Shown one piece after another: positions 19,815 through 31,600 of a DNA stretch of 64,000 bases. Origin of the DNA: Spirochaetia bacterium (GTDB lineage Bacteria > Spirochaetota > Spirochaetia > DSM-2461); the NCBI GenBank assembly GCA_963668315.1, contig OY764216.1:768001-832000 (forward strand), in the 5' to 3' direction. The notes beneath the pieces were generated by a model. The model was given only the letters and a program-made list of their open reading frames with translations, searched no databases and was not told the DNA's origin. The position numbers and the translations under genes are program-made. The stretch's first letter is position 1. Each line of letters starts with the position of its first letter.

Positions 19815-20735
19815 TTACCCTATGGCGGCTTCGGGGTTGAGGGAGTTATTGGGGAGAATGGCAGAGGATTTCCGGGTTTGGCGAGAATATTCGAACCAGC
19901 CCTTGAGGCGGCCCCAAGCCTGGCAGTAGTGGCTCCAGGCGCGGCAAGGTTTGAGGGTTATGAGGAGGAAAGATCCCTTGGCGGCATGGATGAGGGAGTA
20001 GAAAGACAGCTGGAACAGATTATAGCCGTTTTTTCTGAGGATGTAGCCCATGCCCAGGCCGTAGCCGTAGCGGCGGGAGCACTCCTTTTTGTCATATCGG
20101 CCGCGGTAGACGTCGTGGTAGATATTGATCCGGGGATCGTAGATAACTTTATGGCCTTTGGCGACGATGCGGAGGACCAGGTCGGTTTCTTCGCCGGAGA
20201 TATACCGGGCGGCGCCCAGTCCCAGATCTTCATCAAAATGACCCGCCCCATTGACGGAGTCCTTAAGGAGGAAGATACCGGAAGAGTTGGTTGTCATGCA
20301 GGCGTTATGTTTGTTCACGGCGGTTTTATGGTTTTTAATCATGAATCCGCCGGCGGAAAAACGGCCCTGTTCATCGGTTACCAGACCGGTGAGACCCTTG
20401 AGAGAAGGATCGGTCCGGAAGCGGTTTTTTACCTGGAGCAGGGTATCCGGCTGATACCAGCAGTCGTCATCGGGGAAAGCGACGATTTGACCGGAGGCGT
20501 GTTTCAATCCGAAATTACGGGCGGCGGAGAGGCCGAGGTTCCTTTTTACGTGCAGATAAACAAGATTAAGATCGGCCAGATGGTCGAGAAGGGAGGTTTT
20601 TAAAGTGTCATGGGGGTTCTGATCGACCAGAATAATCTCAAAATCCTGATACGTCTGTTCCTTAAGGGATGATAACAATTTGAGATGATGATTCATTCTG
20701 TTTATCGTCGCAATGACAAGTGAGAAATAAGGCAA
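19815..20735 (-). CDS. Glycosyltransferase family 2 (paralog A)
   Basis: FEIILVDQN, GLSAARNFGL, FPDDDCWY, SGEETDLVLR; TTG start after GGAGA. Confidence 0.9.
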   Translation of the reverse strand: MPYFSLVIATINRMNHHLKLLSSLKEQTYQDFEIILVDQNPHDTLKTSLLDHLADLNLVYLHVKRNLGLSAARNFGLKHASGQIVAFPDDDCWYQPDTLLQVKNRFRTDPSLKGLTGLVTDEQGRFSAGGFMIKNHKTAVNKHNACMTTNSSGIFLLKDSVNGAGHFDEDLGLGAARYISGEETDLVLRIVAKGHKVIYDPRINIYHDVYRGRYDKKECSRRYGYGLGMGYILRKNGYNLFQLSFYSLIHAAKGSFLLITLKPCRAWSHYCQAWGRLKGWFEYSRQTRKSSAILPNNSLNPEAAIG

Positions 20736-20787
20736 GCCTGGTCTCCCTGGTTGTTTGAGATTAATTATAATTCAAGATCGGGGAGAA

Positions 20788-20819
20788 AGGAAGAGGAAAA
20801 ATTATTTTTTCCTCTTCCT
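20788..20819 (-). terminator. Hairpin between the two GT2 paralogs
   Basis: 14-bp perfect inverted repeat AGGAAGAGGAAAAA / TTTTTCCTCTTCCT with a 4-nt loop, starting about 19 nt after the stop of 20838-21701. Confidence 0.65.
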
Positions 20820-20837
20820 ATAGAGACTTGGAAGGGA

Positions 20838-21701
20838 TCAATGTTTTTTAGGGTATTCGAAGTAGCCGCGGAGGCGTCCCAGGGCCTGGGCGAAATGGAA
20901 GAAGGCGCGTTTAGGCTGGAGGGAGAGAAGCATGTAGGTTCCTTTAGCCCAGTGGATAGCGGAGTAGAAGAAGAGGGAAAAAATGGTGTAGCCGTTTTTT
21001 CGAAGGACATAGCCCATTCCCAGGCCGTAGCCGTAGCCTCTTTGACGTTCGGCTTTATCGTAGGTTCCGCAGTATTTTTTGTGGTAGATGTTGATATCGG
21101 AGTAATACTTGATGGTGTATTTATGGATGTGAATACGCAGTACCAGATCGGTTTCTTCACCGGAGATGTACCGTTCCGTTCCCAGACCGACGGCTTCATC
21201 GAATAGACCTACCTTTTCCAGTACCTCTTTACGGATGAATACGGCGGAGGAGTTGGAAGTCCACCAGGCGTTGCGGTGAGATACATTGGCCTGTTTGCTT
21301 TTAAGCATATAGCCGCCGGCGGAGTAGCTGCCGTCCACATCGGTGACCAGACCGGTGATGCACTGGGTTTCGGGATTTTTCTGAAAGTATTTCTGCACCA
21401 GCTGGAGAGAATTGGGCTGGTACCAGCAATCGTCGTCGGGGAAAGCCACTATTTCGCCGGAAGCATGGCCAAGACCATAGTTTCGGGCGGCGGACAGACC
21501 CATATTTTGTTTAACATGCAGATAGATGAGGTTAAAGTCCTGCAGGTCTGCGGTCAGAGTCTTTTTAAGATTGTCATGGACATTCTGGTCGACAATAATA
21601 ATTTCGAAATCTTGTAAGTATTGCTCTTTAAGGGATTTAAGGAGGTTAATATGGTGTTCCAATCTGTTTATTGTCGCTATGATGAGCGAGAAATAGGGCA
21701 A
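20838..21701 (-). CDS. Glycosyltransferase family 2 (paralog B)
   Basis: Same motifs as paralog A and colinear with it; TTG start after AGGAG. Confidence 0.9.
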   Translation of the reverse strand: MPYFSLIIATINRLEHHINLLKSLKEQYLQDFEIIIVDQNVHDNLKKTLTADLQDFNLIYLHVKQNMGLSAARNYGLGHASGEIVAFPDDDCWYQPNSLQLVQKYFQKNPETQCITGLVTDVDGSYSAGGYMLKSKQANVSHRNAWWTSNSSAVFIRKEVLEKVGLFDEAVGLGTERYISGEETDLVLRIHIHKYTIKYYSDINIYHKKYCGTYDKAERQRGYGYGLGMGYVLRKNGYTIFSLFFYSAIHWAKGTYMLLSLQPKRAFFHFAQALGRLRGYFEYPKKH

Positions 21702-21962
21702 TATTGCGGACTCTCCTGTTTTTTACCTTGCTTATTATAGCATTGGGGAAGGAAAAATAAAAGGTTGGGAGTTTTTTTTTGAGTGGGAAGGCTCCCGCTG
21801 CGCGGGCCGGGGACACGTGGTTTATTTTCGGTAAAATCCGTGTTTTGAAACATGAGCTGATAGATGAGTAGGAAGCTCGTGTGGACGTTTGACGATTCTT
21901 TCCTGCCGGTATCATTGTGGGTATAAATGAATTAGGGACATTAATCGGAAATTCTGGATTAA

Positions 21963-23372
21963 CTAAAACTTCCAGAAAAGCGGAATGAAATAGAGGGAAA
22001 CGATAATGGTAATTACATTCAGGGGCAGGCCGATTTTCAAAAAGTCCCGGAATTTGTAATTTCCGATACCTTTGACAATCAGGTTGGTCTGATAACCTAT
22101 GGGGGTTGAGAAACTGGCCGAGGCGGCGATGGCGATGGCGATAAAAAAAGGACGGGGGGAAACGTTAAGCAGAGCGGACGTTTCTATGGCGATGGGGAAC
22201 ATGAGAGCCGCTGACCAGATAGAAATCCTGGGAATTTTTCCAGCGGGTGGTAAAGCGCTGAGTCGTTAACAGGATCAGATTGTCTCCGGGTCGTAAATGA
22301 TGTCTCCTATTTTCCCGTTTATGCGGGAGCCGTTACGGTGGACGGCCAGTACGGCTGCCCGGTAGGTGGCGCGGAAGTTAAACTCGCTTATTGTCTGGCC
22401 CAGACCTGGAAAACGGGGAGAAACGACGACTTCCACAAGATTTTTTGTAATGCTATGGAAGTCTTTACTGAACTCTTTTTCTTCCACGAAATAGAGGCCG
22501 GGGAAGCTTTTTAAATCATCTATACTGTCTATGTTTCCAGAAAAGATGAGCCGGTCGTCTCCTAGAAGAATCTCATCCTTATTTACATTTTTAATAGAAT
22601 AATTATCCCGTTCGATGGCGGTTAGGTAGACTCCTTTCAGCTCTCTCAAACCGGCGGCAAAAACCGATTTGCGGCATAGAGGACTCGTAGGATCCAGCTG
22701 TATTTCTATGAGATATTCCCTAAGGTTTTCTTTTCTGGCTTCATCGATGGGGGGATTTTCCGGGAGCAGATGATAGCCGATGAAAGCGGTGTAAGCTGTT
22801 CCCAGGATGGCAATGGGAAAGCCGACTCTAAAAAGTTCAAACATACCCAGCCCCTTGTAGCCGTTCTGGAGCATCAGGCCGTGAACAACCAGATTGGTCG
22901 ATGTGCCTATGAGCGTACACATTCCCCCGAAGATGGTGGCGTAGGAGAGGGGAATCAAGAATTTTCCCGGGTTCAGATTCAGTCTTGTGGCCCAGCTTTT
23001 TATGGCGGGTGCCAAAATAACCACTACGGGGGTATTATTGATAAAGGCGGAAAGAAAAGTGGCGGGAAGCATGATGCGGCCCAGCATGAAGACGGGGCGG
23101 AACTGGCGGGAAGGGAGAAAGTAGTGGGTGACCAGATTAAGGCCCCCGGTCTGCCTGATCCCTTCGCTGATAAGAAACAGCAGGGCCACGGTCATCATGC
23201 CCTTGTTGCTGAAGCCGGAAAGAAATTCATATATATCGATATATCCAAAAAAATAGAAAAGGCTTAATACACTTAACAGGATGAGCCCGGGGCGAAGGAA
23301 TTCATTAATAAGGGCTGTTATCATAAGGATGACGAGAAAGATAGAGAAATAGGCGCTGAAACAAGGTATCAT
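21963..23372 (-). pseudogene. SLC13-family permease with TrkA-C domains (probable sulfate/anion symporter), frameshifted and internally deleted
   Basis: N part: SAFINNTPVV, GGMCTLIGTSTNLVV, TrkA-C domains. C part: AASASFSTPIGYQTN. A 1-nt loss at 22295-22297 shifts the frame, and DFYLVS is fused to AALMFPIA at about 22210. Confidence 0.85.
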
Positions 23373-23479
23373 ATTTTTCTTTTATATAATTGACTTATAA
23401 AATATTCAAGATAGATCGTTTTTTTGAGATTGAGAAATGGCCTATGAATTCAGAAAGAACTATGCTAGTCTTCTGTACC

Positions 23480-24268
23480 ATGAGAGGGAAAAATCTCGAA
23501 ATAGCAAAAGAAGCCGCCCTTGATGCGGGTCAGAAAATACGGGAGATTTATAATTCTTCCAATTTTGAAATAGAATTTAAATCTGATAATTCACCCCTGA
23601 CAAAAGCTGACAAGGCTTCCCATGAAGTCATAATTTCCTATCTGAATGATACCCCCTATCCTGTTTTGTCCGAAGAGGGAAAAAGCATTTCCTATGAAGA
23701 AAGATCCCGATGGAGTACCTATTGGCTGATAGATCCTCTGGACGGAACAAAGGAATTTATAAAGCGAAACGGAGAATTTACGGTTAATATTGCCCTGATA
23801 GAACAGGGAAAGCCTGTTCTGGGTGTGGTTTACATTCCCGTTACAGATGTCCTTTACTGGGGTTCTGAAGGAGATGGGGCTTTTAAGAGGGTAAAAGCGG
23901 GAAAACCAGTTTCATTGCCGGAAGAAAGAGATAATGGAATATTTACAGTTATCGCCAGCCGATCCCATCTTTCCGAGGAGACTCAGCAGTTTATCGATAA
24001 GCTGGAAGAGCTGCATCCCGGTTTAGAGTGCCAGAGTTCGGGCAGTTCCTTAAAGTTATGCCGCGTGGCGGAAGGTTCGGCCGATGTCTATCCCCGTTTC
24101 GCCCCTACCATGGAGTGGGATACGGCGGCGGCCGACGGGGTCTGCCGTGCCGCCGGCTGTTATGTATTTAATGTAGAATCCAAAAATCTCCTGGATTATA
24201 ATAAGGAAAACCTGTTAAATCCCTGGTTTCTTGTTACCCGCGATTCGCAAATGAAGGATCTTTTATGA
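23480..24268 (+). CDS. cysQ: 3'(2'),5'-bisphosphate nucleotidase CysQ
   Basis: SPLTKAD, LSEE, WLIDPLDGTKEF, SRSH, GSSLKLC, TMEWDTAA. Start uncertain; ATG 23480 preferred over 23390. Confidence 0.93.
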   Translation: MRGKNLEIAKEAALDAGQKIREIYNSSNFEIEFKSDNSPLTKADKASHEVIISYLNDTPYPVLSEEGKSISYEERSRWSTYWLIDPLDGTKEFIKRNGEFTVNIALIEQGKPVLGVVYIPVTDVLYWGSEGDGAFKRVKAGKPVSLPEERDNGIFTVIASRSHLSEETQQFIDKLEELHPGLECQSSGSSLKLCRVAEGSADVYPRFAPTMEWDTAAADGVCRAAGCYVFNVESKNLLDYNKENLLNPWFLVTRDSQMKDLL

Positions 24269-25173
24269 ATAATTACACCTTAAATCACCTCAAACAGCTG
24301 GAAAATGAAGCCATATATGTTTTAAGAGAAGTGGCCGCCCAGTTTGAGAAACCGGCCATGCTCTTTTCCGGCGGAAAGGACTCCATCTGTATGGCGTGGC
24401 TGGCCCGGAAAGCCTTTCATCCCGGCAAGATCCCCTTTCCCATGCTTCATGTGGATACGGGGCATAATTTTCAGGAAACCCTGAATTACCGGGATAAATT
24501 TCTGGATGAGATAGGAGCCACTCTTATCGTCCGAACCGTACAGGATTCCATTGACAAGGGCCGGGTCGTGGAAGAGAAGGGTCCCAAGGCCAGCCGTAAC
24601 GGACTGCAGACGGTGACGTTGCTGGACGCGCTTAAGGAGTTCAAATTCACCTGTGCCATGGGCGGCGCCCGTCGGGACGAGGAAAAAGCCCGGGCCAAGG
24701 AGCGCTTCTTCAGTTTCCGTGACTCCTTCGGTCAGTGGGATCCTAAAAATCAGCGGCCAGAGCTATGGAATATCTTTAATGCTCAGCACAATATGGGCGA
24801 GCATTTTCGTGCTTTCCCCATCAGTAATTGGACGGAGCTGGACGTGTGGCAGTATATCGCCATGGAAGAGATTCCCATGCCTTCCCTCTATTTCAGTCAT
24901 GAAAGAGATATCATTAGAAGAGACGGAATTATTCTGGCTCATATTCCCGGGCTTACCGATCCGTTGGATGATGAAAAAATCGAGCCCATGCATGTGCGCT
25001 GCAGGACTATAGGTGATATTACCTGTACCGGTTTGACCGTTTCCCCCGCTGCGACAATTCGGGACATAGTCAACGAAGTGGCATATACCCGTACCACAGA
25101 AAGGGGCGGCAGAGCCGATGACAAGCGCAGCGAAGCGGCGATGGAAGACAGAAAGAAACAGGGCTACTTCTAA
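24265..25173 (+). CDS. cysD: Sulfate adenylyltransferase subunit 2
   Basis: LFSGGKDS, GGARRDEEKARAKER, WDPKNQRPELW, MEDRKKQGYF. Confidence 0.97.
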   Translation: MNNYTLNHLKQLENEAIYVLREVAAQFEKPAMLFSGGKDSICMAWLARKAFHPGKIPFPMLHVDTGHNFQETLNYRDKFLDEIGATLIVRTVQDSIDKGRVVEEKGPKASRNGLQTVTLLDALKEFKFTCAMGGARRDEEKARAKERFFSFRDSFGQWDPKNQRPELWNIFNAQHNMGEHFRAFPISNWTELDVWQYIAMEEIPMPSLYFSHERDIIRRDGIILAHIPGLTDPLDDEKIEPMHVRCRTIGDITCTGLTVSPAATIRDIVNEVAYTRTTERGGRADDKRSEAAMEDRKKQGYF

Positions 25174-25180
25174 GGAGAGA

Positions 25181-27100
25181 ATGATGAGCACTATTATGGA
25201 TAATCAGGAAATAGAAGAGTTTAACGAAGAAGCCTATCTGAATATGGAGCTGTTACGGTTTACAACAGCGGGAAGCGTGGACGACGGTAAAAGTACCCTT
25301 ATCGGCCGGTTGCTTTATGATTCCAAGGCCATTTTTCAGGATCAGATGGAACAGTTGGAGCAGGCCAGCGCCTTACGCGGTGAAGAAGAAGTCAATCTGG
25401 CATTGTTAACAGACGGCTTACGGGCCGAAAGGGAGCAGGGTATTACCATAGACGTGGCTTACCGCTATTTCTCCACTCCTAAAAGAAAATTTATCATCGC
25501 CGACACTCCTGGTCACGAGCAATATACACGCAATATGGTGACAGGGGCCTCCACGGCTGATTTGGCAATCATATTGATTGATGCCCGTCTTGGCGTTCTG
25601 CCTCAGAGTCGACGCCATGGGATTATCGCCAGCCTTTTGGGAATTCCCCATGTGATCGTGGCGGTCAACAAGATGGATCTGGTGAATTACGATCGAAAAA
25701 CCTATGAGAAGATAGTTGAAGAATATCGTGAATTCAGTCAGAAGCTTAATATTCACGATATTACCTTTATTCCTATTTCCGCTCTCGTGGGAGATAACGT
25801 GGTGGATGCCGGTGATAATATGCCTTGGTATGACGGCCCGACCGTCATGTATCAGCTGGAGAACGCATCTATTTCGGCTGACCGGAATCTGGTGGATTTT
25901 CGTTTTCCCGTGCAGTATGTCCTGCGCCCCCATCTGAATTTTCGGGGATTTTCCGGACGTATTTCCAGCGGTTCCATTAAACCGGGTGAACCGGTAACGA
26001 TACTTCCTTCCATGAAGACTTCCACCGTAAAGGAGATTGTTACCTATGACGGTAACCGGGATGAAGCTTTTCAAGGGGAAAGCGTTACACTGACGTTGGA
26101 TGACGAGATCGATATCAGCCGGGGTGACATGATCGTCCGTAGTCATAACTTACCCGATGTAACCACTCGCTTCCAGGCGACTATCTGCTGGATGGATGAT
26201 GACCAGTCTCTGAGTTTAGCGACCGGTTACAATCTGCAATGCGGCAGCCGGATGGTCAAGGCATATGTCAGGACTCTTGATTATCGGCTGGATATCAATA
26301 CTTTGCATCGTCAGGATGCGGATAAGCTTTCTTTGAATGAGATAGGTCGTGTGGAAATTGAAACGGCCATGCCCTTGCCTCTGGATCCCTATGATCAGAA
26401 TCGGGAAACGGGAAGCTTTATATTGATTGATCCGGCATCTAATCAGACAGTGGCGGCCGGGATGGTACGAAAAGCCTTAAAAAATGCTCCGGCTCCTGAG
26501 CTGATGACCCAATCTTCAACGAATGTTCGCTGGGAGAAGCTTAATGTGACCCGGGAGAACAGAGAAGCCCGCCAGGGGCATAAGGCCCATTGTCTGTGGT
26601 TCACCGGCCTTTCCGGATCGGGTAAAAGTACTATCGCCAAGGAATTGGAAAAGAACCTCTTTGAAGAGGGTAAGCGGGTTTACGTTCTGGACGGGGATAA
26701 TATCCGCCATGGTTTGAACGGGGATCTGGGTTTTTCGGCTAATGACAGGATAGAGAATATCCGTCGAATAGGAGAAGTGGCCCGGCTCATGTACGATGCC
26801 GGATTTATTGTGCTTTGTTCCTTTATCTCGCCCATGAAGGCTATGAGGGACTTTGTGAAGGGATTGTTTCCAGCAGGAGCCTTTACCGAAGTCTATGTGA
26901 AGGCCGATTTGGATACCTGTAAATCCAGGGATCCGAAAGGATTGTATAAGAAGGCTTTGGCTGGGGAGATCCCCGATTTCACGGGTATAAGCAGTCCCTA
27001 TGAGGAACCGGAATCGGCGGAACTGGTTTTGGATACAATGGGGGAAATTATTGAAACAACAGCAATGAAGGCAATTAATTATATTAAACCATTACTATAG
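25181..27100 (+). CDS. cysNC: Bifunctional sulfate adenylyltransferase subunit 1 / APS kinase
   Basis: GSVDDGKST, DTPGHEQYTRNM, NKMD, then WFTGLSGSGKST, LDGDNIRHGL, RDPKGLY. ATG 25181 follows AAGGAG. Confidence 0.97.
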   Translation: MMSTIMDNQEIEEFNEEAYLNMELLRFTTAGSVDDGKSTLIGRLLYDSKAIFQDQMEQLEQASALRGEEEVNLALLTDGLRAEREQGITIDVAYRYFSTPKRKFIIADTPGHEQYTRNMVTGASTADLAIILIDARLGVLPQSRRHGIIASLLGIPHVIVAVNKMDLVNYDRKTYEKIVEEYREFSQKLNIHDITFIPISALVGDNVVDAGDNMPWYDGPTVMYQLENASISADRNLVDFRFPVQYVLRPHLNFRGFSGRISSGSIKPGEPVTILPSMKTSTVKEIVTYDGNRDEAFQGESVTLTLDDEIDISRGDMIVRSHNLPDVTTRFQATICWMDDDQSLSLATGYNLQCGSRMVKAYVRTLDYRLDINTLHRQDADKLSLNEIGRVEIETAMPLPLDPYDQNRETGSFILIDPASNQTVAAGMVRKALKNAPAPELMTQSSTNVRWEKLNVTRENREARQGHKAHCLWFTGLSGSGKSTIAKELEKNLFEEGKRVYVLDGDNIRHGLNGDLGFSANDRIENIRRIGEVARLMYDAGFIVLCSFISPMKAMRDFVKGLFPAGAFTEVYVKADLDTCKSRDPKGLYKKALAGEIPDFTGISSPYEEPESAELVLDTMGEIIETTAMKAINYIKPLL

Positions 27101-27111
27101 GAGATAGTTTC

Positions 27112-27912
27112 GTGAAATTCTTAATTTCATTTATGACAGATATTATAAAAAGTCGTTACTTAATATGGCAACTTACGAAAAGAGGGTTTTCTCAAAAATA
27201 TAAACGTTCAAAACTTGGTTTTTTATGGTCGATTATTGAGCCTTTGTTATTTATGCTAGTTCTGTATGTTGTTTTTGGTATAGGTTTACGCGGAGGTAGC
27301 AATATGAATATTCCATACATTTGTTATCTTATTACTGGATTAGCATCTATAAATTTTTTCACAGAAACTTTTATTAAAGGAACAGTTGCAGTATATGGAT
27401 ACTCATATCTATTAAAAAAAGTTACATTTCGAATGAGCATCTTACCAGTTGTAGTAGTATTGGTTGGTTTACTTGAACATTTGATATTTTTAATAATCGT
27501 GTCAGTAGTACTTTTTTTAAATCATGTATATATCAATATATATTGGATTCAGATATTTTATTATATGTTATCTCTTAGTTTTTTTCTTTTAGGGCTAACT
27601 TGGTTTACCTCGTCTGTTGGTGTTTTTTTTCCAGATTTACAACAAATAGTAAGTGTTATAAACAAAATGATTTTTTACTTTTCCCCTGTTTTTTGGACTA
27701 TTGATGTATTACCTATATCATTGCAAAAATACTTAATGTTTAATCCATTGTATTATATCATCTCGGGTTATAGAGATTCTTTTTTCTATAAAATACCCAT
27801 TGGAAGTAATATGAGTCAGCTAATATATTTTTGGGGGTGTACTTTTACCTCGCTTATTATTGGTGCATTTTTCTTTAAAAAATTACGTCCTCAATTTTCT
27901 GATTATATTTAG
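27112..27912 (+). CDS. wzm: ABC-2 polysaccharide exporter permease (Wzm/TagG-like)
   Basis: KYKRSKLGFLWSIIEPL, FYFSPVFW, NPLYYIISGYR; multiple TM segments. Confidence 0.9.
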   Translation: MKFLISFMTDIIKSRYLIWQLTKRGFSQKYKRSKLGFLWSIIEPLLFMLVLYVVFGIGLRGGSNMNIPYICYLITGLASINFFTETFIKGTVAVYGYSYLLKKVTFRMSILPVVVVLVGLLEHLIFLIIVSVVLFLNHVYINIYWIQIFYYMLSLSFFLLGLTWFTSSVGVFFPDLQQIVSVINKMIFYFSPVFWTIDVLPISLQKYLMFNPLYYIISGYRDSFFYKIPIGSNMSQLIYFWGCTFTSLIIGAFFFKKLRPQFSDYI

Positions 27913-27920
27913 GATAAAAA

Positions 27921-28655
27921 ATGGATGATATAGTAATTAATTTAACAGATGTATCAAAGACATATTATCTTTATGACCGAAATTTTGTAGATCGTTTTAA
28001 AGATACATTTTTACCTGGAAAGAAAAAACGATATAGACAGTTCGATGCATTAAAAAACATTTCTCTTTCAGTAAATAGAGGAGAAATTCTTGGGATTATT
28101 GGTGGAAATGGTGCTGGTAAATCAACTTTATTAAAGATAATAAGTGGGATAACACAACCCACATCAGGAGACGTTAATGTAAGTGGGAGAATAATACCGC
28201 TTCTAGAATTAGGAGGTGGATTTAATCCAGAATATACCGGTCGCGAAAATATATATTTTTATTGTTCACTAATGGGCTTACATAAAGAAGAAATAGATCT
28301 TATATACGATGAAATCGTTGATTTTAGTGAAATAATAGATTTTATTGATGTTCCTTTGAAAAAATATTCTTCAGGTATGAAAGCACGTCTAGCATTTTCT
28401 GTATCTATAAATATTGATCCAGATATACTCATTCTAGATGAGGTTTTGGCTGTAGGAGATCAAAAGTTTCGAAAAAAATGCTTTTCCCGTATGGATCAAA
28501 TTTTTAAGTCAGGAAAAACAATTTTGTTTGTATCTCATGACGTAGCTAGCATTAAAAGGATTTGTACTAAAGCTGTATTATTAAATAAGGGATCATTAGT
28601 TGCAATAGACTCTACAGATTGTATTGTTAAAATGTATAATGAATTGCTTAAATAA
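27921..28655 (+). CDS. wzt: ABC polysaccharide exporter ATPase (Wzt/TagH-like, no C-terminal carbohydrate-binding module)
   Basis: GGNGAGKST, YSSGMKARLAF, LILDEVLAVGD, VSHD; only 244 aa. Confidence 0.92.
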   Translation: MDDIVINLTDVSKTYYLYDRNFVDRFKDTFLPGKKKRYRQFDALKNISLSVNRGEILGIIGGNGAGKSTLLKIISGITQPTSGDVNVSGRIIPLLELGGGFNPEYTGRENIYFYCSLMGLHKEEIDLIYDEIVDFSEIIDFIDVPLKKYSSGMKARLAFSVSINIDPDILILDEVLAVGDQKFRKKCFSRMDQIFKSGKTILFVSHDVASIKRICTKAVLLNKGSLVAIDSTDCIVKMYNELLK

Positions 28656-28691
28656 TGGGTAATAATACTAAGGAATGAATAGGAGATAAAA

Positions 28692-31600
28692 ATGGATGCA
28701 CTACTTTCAATTATAATGCCTGTATATGGAACTGAATGTTTTTTAGAGAAAAGTATCAATAGTGTTATTGGGCAATCATATAAAAACATAGAATTAATAA
28801 TCGTAAATGATAAATCTCCTGGTGATGTTAGAAGTATAATTAAGCCATACCTTGATAACCATAATATCAAGTATATTGAAAATAATAAAAATCTCGGTTT
28901 ATTTCATACAAGGATTGCAGGTATAAAAGAGGCAAGAGGACAATATATATCTTTTCTTGATAGTGATGATTATGTATCAATTGATTATTATAGAGAGTTA
29001 TTAGAAAAAGCAATTAATTCAAATTATGATATTGTTGAATCAAGAATAGTTATGCAGTCTGAAAACGGAGAGAAGTTTATTCAAAATAATAATAACAATC
29101 TCTTTCCTGAATTGATAGGTAAGGATATACAAAAAAAATTCTTTCAACAAGAAGGTTTATTTTTTCATTGGCATGTAATCTGGAATAAAATATATAAAAG
29201 AGAATTGATTGAGCAGTCTTTACCAGTTCTTACTAAGCAGAAAGAACATTTGATTATGACAGAAGATGTTCTCTTTTCTTCGGTTTTTTTTAGTAATGCA
29301 AATTCTTATGCTTCAGTGGACAATGGATGTATTTTTTATTGTTTGCATGGAAATGCTTCTACTGGAAAAAATGCTGATTTTAGTAAGTTCAGCAAAAATC
29401 TTTCAGATATTCAATTGGTGTTTAGTTTTTTGTTAGAACAATTCTGTAATAGTGAATATAAGGGTAATATTAATAATTGGAAAGAACGATATTCACGTAT
29501 TTGGTGTGAACGAATAAAGCATGAAATTAATAAGTGTAGTGATAGAAATAAACTATTATCAAAATATTCGCTTTTTTTATCCGATAATACTCCAGTTAGG
29601 GGCGATGATCTTTATCATCATGCTGTCATTACAGATTGGGATAATCGATATGAACATATTTATGAACTCATTAAAAGGAATGAAGTTGAGTATGTCAGTT
29701 TTGATATATTTGATACTCTTTTAGTGAGAGACTTTTTGGATCCTTCTGATGTATTTGAATTAGTTGATCGTTTCTTTTCAACCATTTGTAGTAAACCTAA
29801 TCTTGTTAAATTTAGTAATATACGTATCGAGGCAGAATCTCTTTGTCGAGCAGAAGAAATTAAGAACAATCCTCTAATCGAAGATATTACTCTTGATGAT
29901 ATATATAATTATATTTTAAGGAATTATGAAATATCAGAAGACATAATTAATAAATTAAAAAAGAAAGAATTAGAAATAGAAAAAAATAACATTAGACAGA
30001 GAAAATCTGCTTTGAATTTGTTTAATGGTATTCAAAGTATGGGTAAAAAAATAATACTAATTTCTGATATGTATTTATCTAAACAATTTATAGCAGATTT
30101 ACTACATAATTCAGGATATGAAAACTGGGAGAAATTATATCTGTCTTCTGATATAAAACTCACAAAACATACTGGAAATTTATTTAAACATGTTTGTGAA
30201 GACTTAAATATTAATCCATACAAAATTTTTCATATTGGTGATAATTGGTTTTCTGACAAAACAAAAGCTACAGAGATGGGACTTCAATCTTATTATTATC
30301 CAAAAATAAGGGATCTATTATCAACAGAACTTAATGGAATTTATTCTGGTAGATTTTTTGATCCATATAATAATATAAATAATAATTCTTCCTGGTTAGA
30401 TAATCACTATGTACAACACAATTTTGGTATGAAGTGTCTAATTGCTAATACAGCAAATTATTTTTATGATAAACCATATAAATCTATTAACTATAATTCT
30501 GATTTTAATGTGGACCCTTTTTTTATAGGTCATTATTCCTTAGGTATAACTACATTATTAATGTGTAGATGGATTAAAAAATACTGTGAGAATAATAATA
30601 AAAAAAGGATTGTTTTTATTGGTAGAGATGGATATTTAATAAAAGAAATATTTGACAAATATAATGAGTCAGAAAACATCAAAACGGGTTATATTTATGC
30701 TTCAAGGAGATCTCTTTTACCAGCGCTTTTCTCAGAAAAAGTTAACATTTATGGTTTATCTGATTTTTTAAATTATCAGGAACATTCGCCGCGTAGTATT
30801 TTAGAATTATTTAATGTAATCACAATTGATAATTTAGATTATAGAGAGCTTAAGAAAGACAAGATAATAATAGATAAAAGATTTGATAGAAAAGAAGGAT
30901 TTCTTTTCTTTATGAAATATTTTTATAATAAATTACTATCAAAGGATAAACTTAGTGAATATAAACTTAATTTAAAAGAATATTTAATTAATAATAATGT
31001 TGATGAAGATGCAATAACATTTGATCTTGGGTATTCAGGAAGAATTCAATCTATTATATGTCATATTTTGGAAAAGCCAATCGATACTCTTTTTATGCAT
31101 ACCAATAATGAAACAAGTTCTATTTTGTCAAAAAGATTTAAGTTTAAAGTTAAATGTTTTTATGATTTTGTACCGCAAATAAGTGGGCTCATTCGGGAAC
31201 AGCTATATTCTGAATCATCTCCTTCGTGTATTGGATATATAAGAAATGCAAATAACAAGGTTATTCCTGTTTTTGAAGATTATACAGAGTTCAACCTTGT
31301 TGATTCACTAAATATTAATAAAATACATTATGGTGCTATTCGTTTCGTTGATTCTTTTCTAAATGATCATAGAGATCTATTAGAGTTATTTAATATTTCA
31401 AATTATGAAGCTTCAATTCCTTTAGAGTATTATATTCATGAAAGCAAAGAAATTGATAGATCATTATTTATTCATTCTATATCAGATGATTTTGTGCATG
31501 CTGGAAGAGCAGATTATAATATTCTTGAATGGTGGAACTGGGAATTGCAAAAAAACAGAGGAGTTATTGGAAATAAAAAATCAGAGTCAGTAAGAATAGC

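Noticed and set aside
21702..21962. Possible gene remnant or small RNA in the intergenic region
   Set aside because: No convincing ORF, RBS or stable structure found by eye.
22203..22277. Programmed readthrough or frameshift restoring the SLC13 permease
   Set aside because: Two stops lie in frame and a block of TM helices appears missing, so recoding would not give a full protein.
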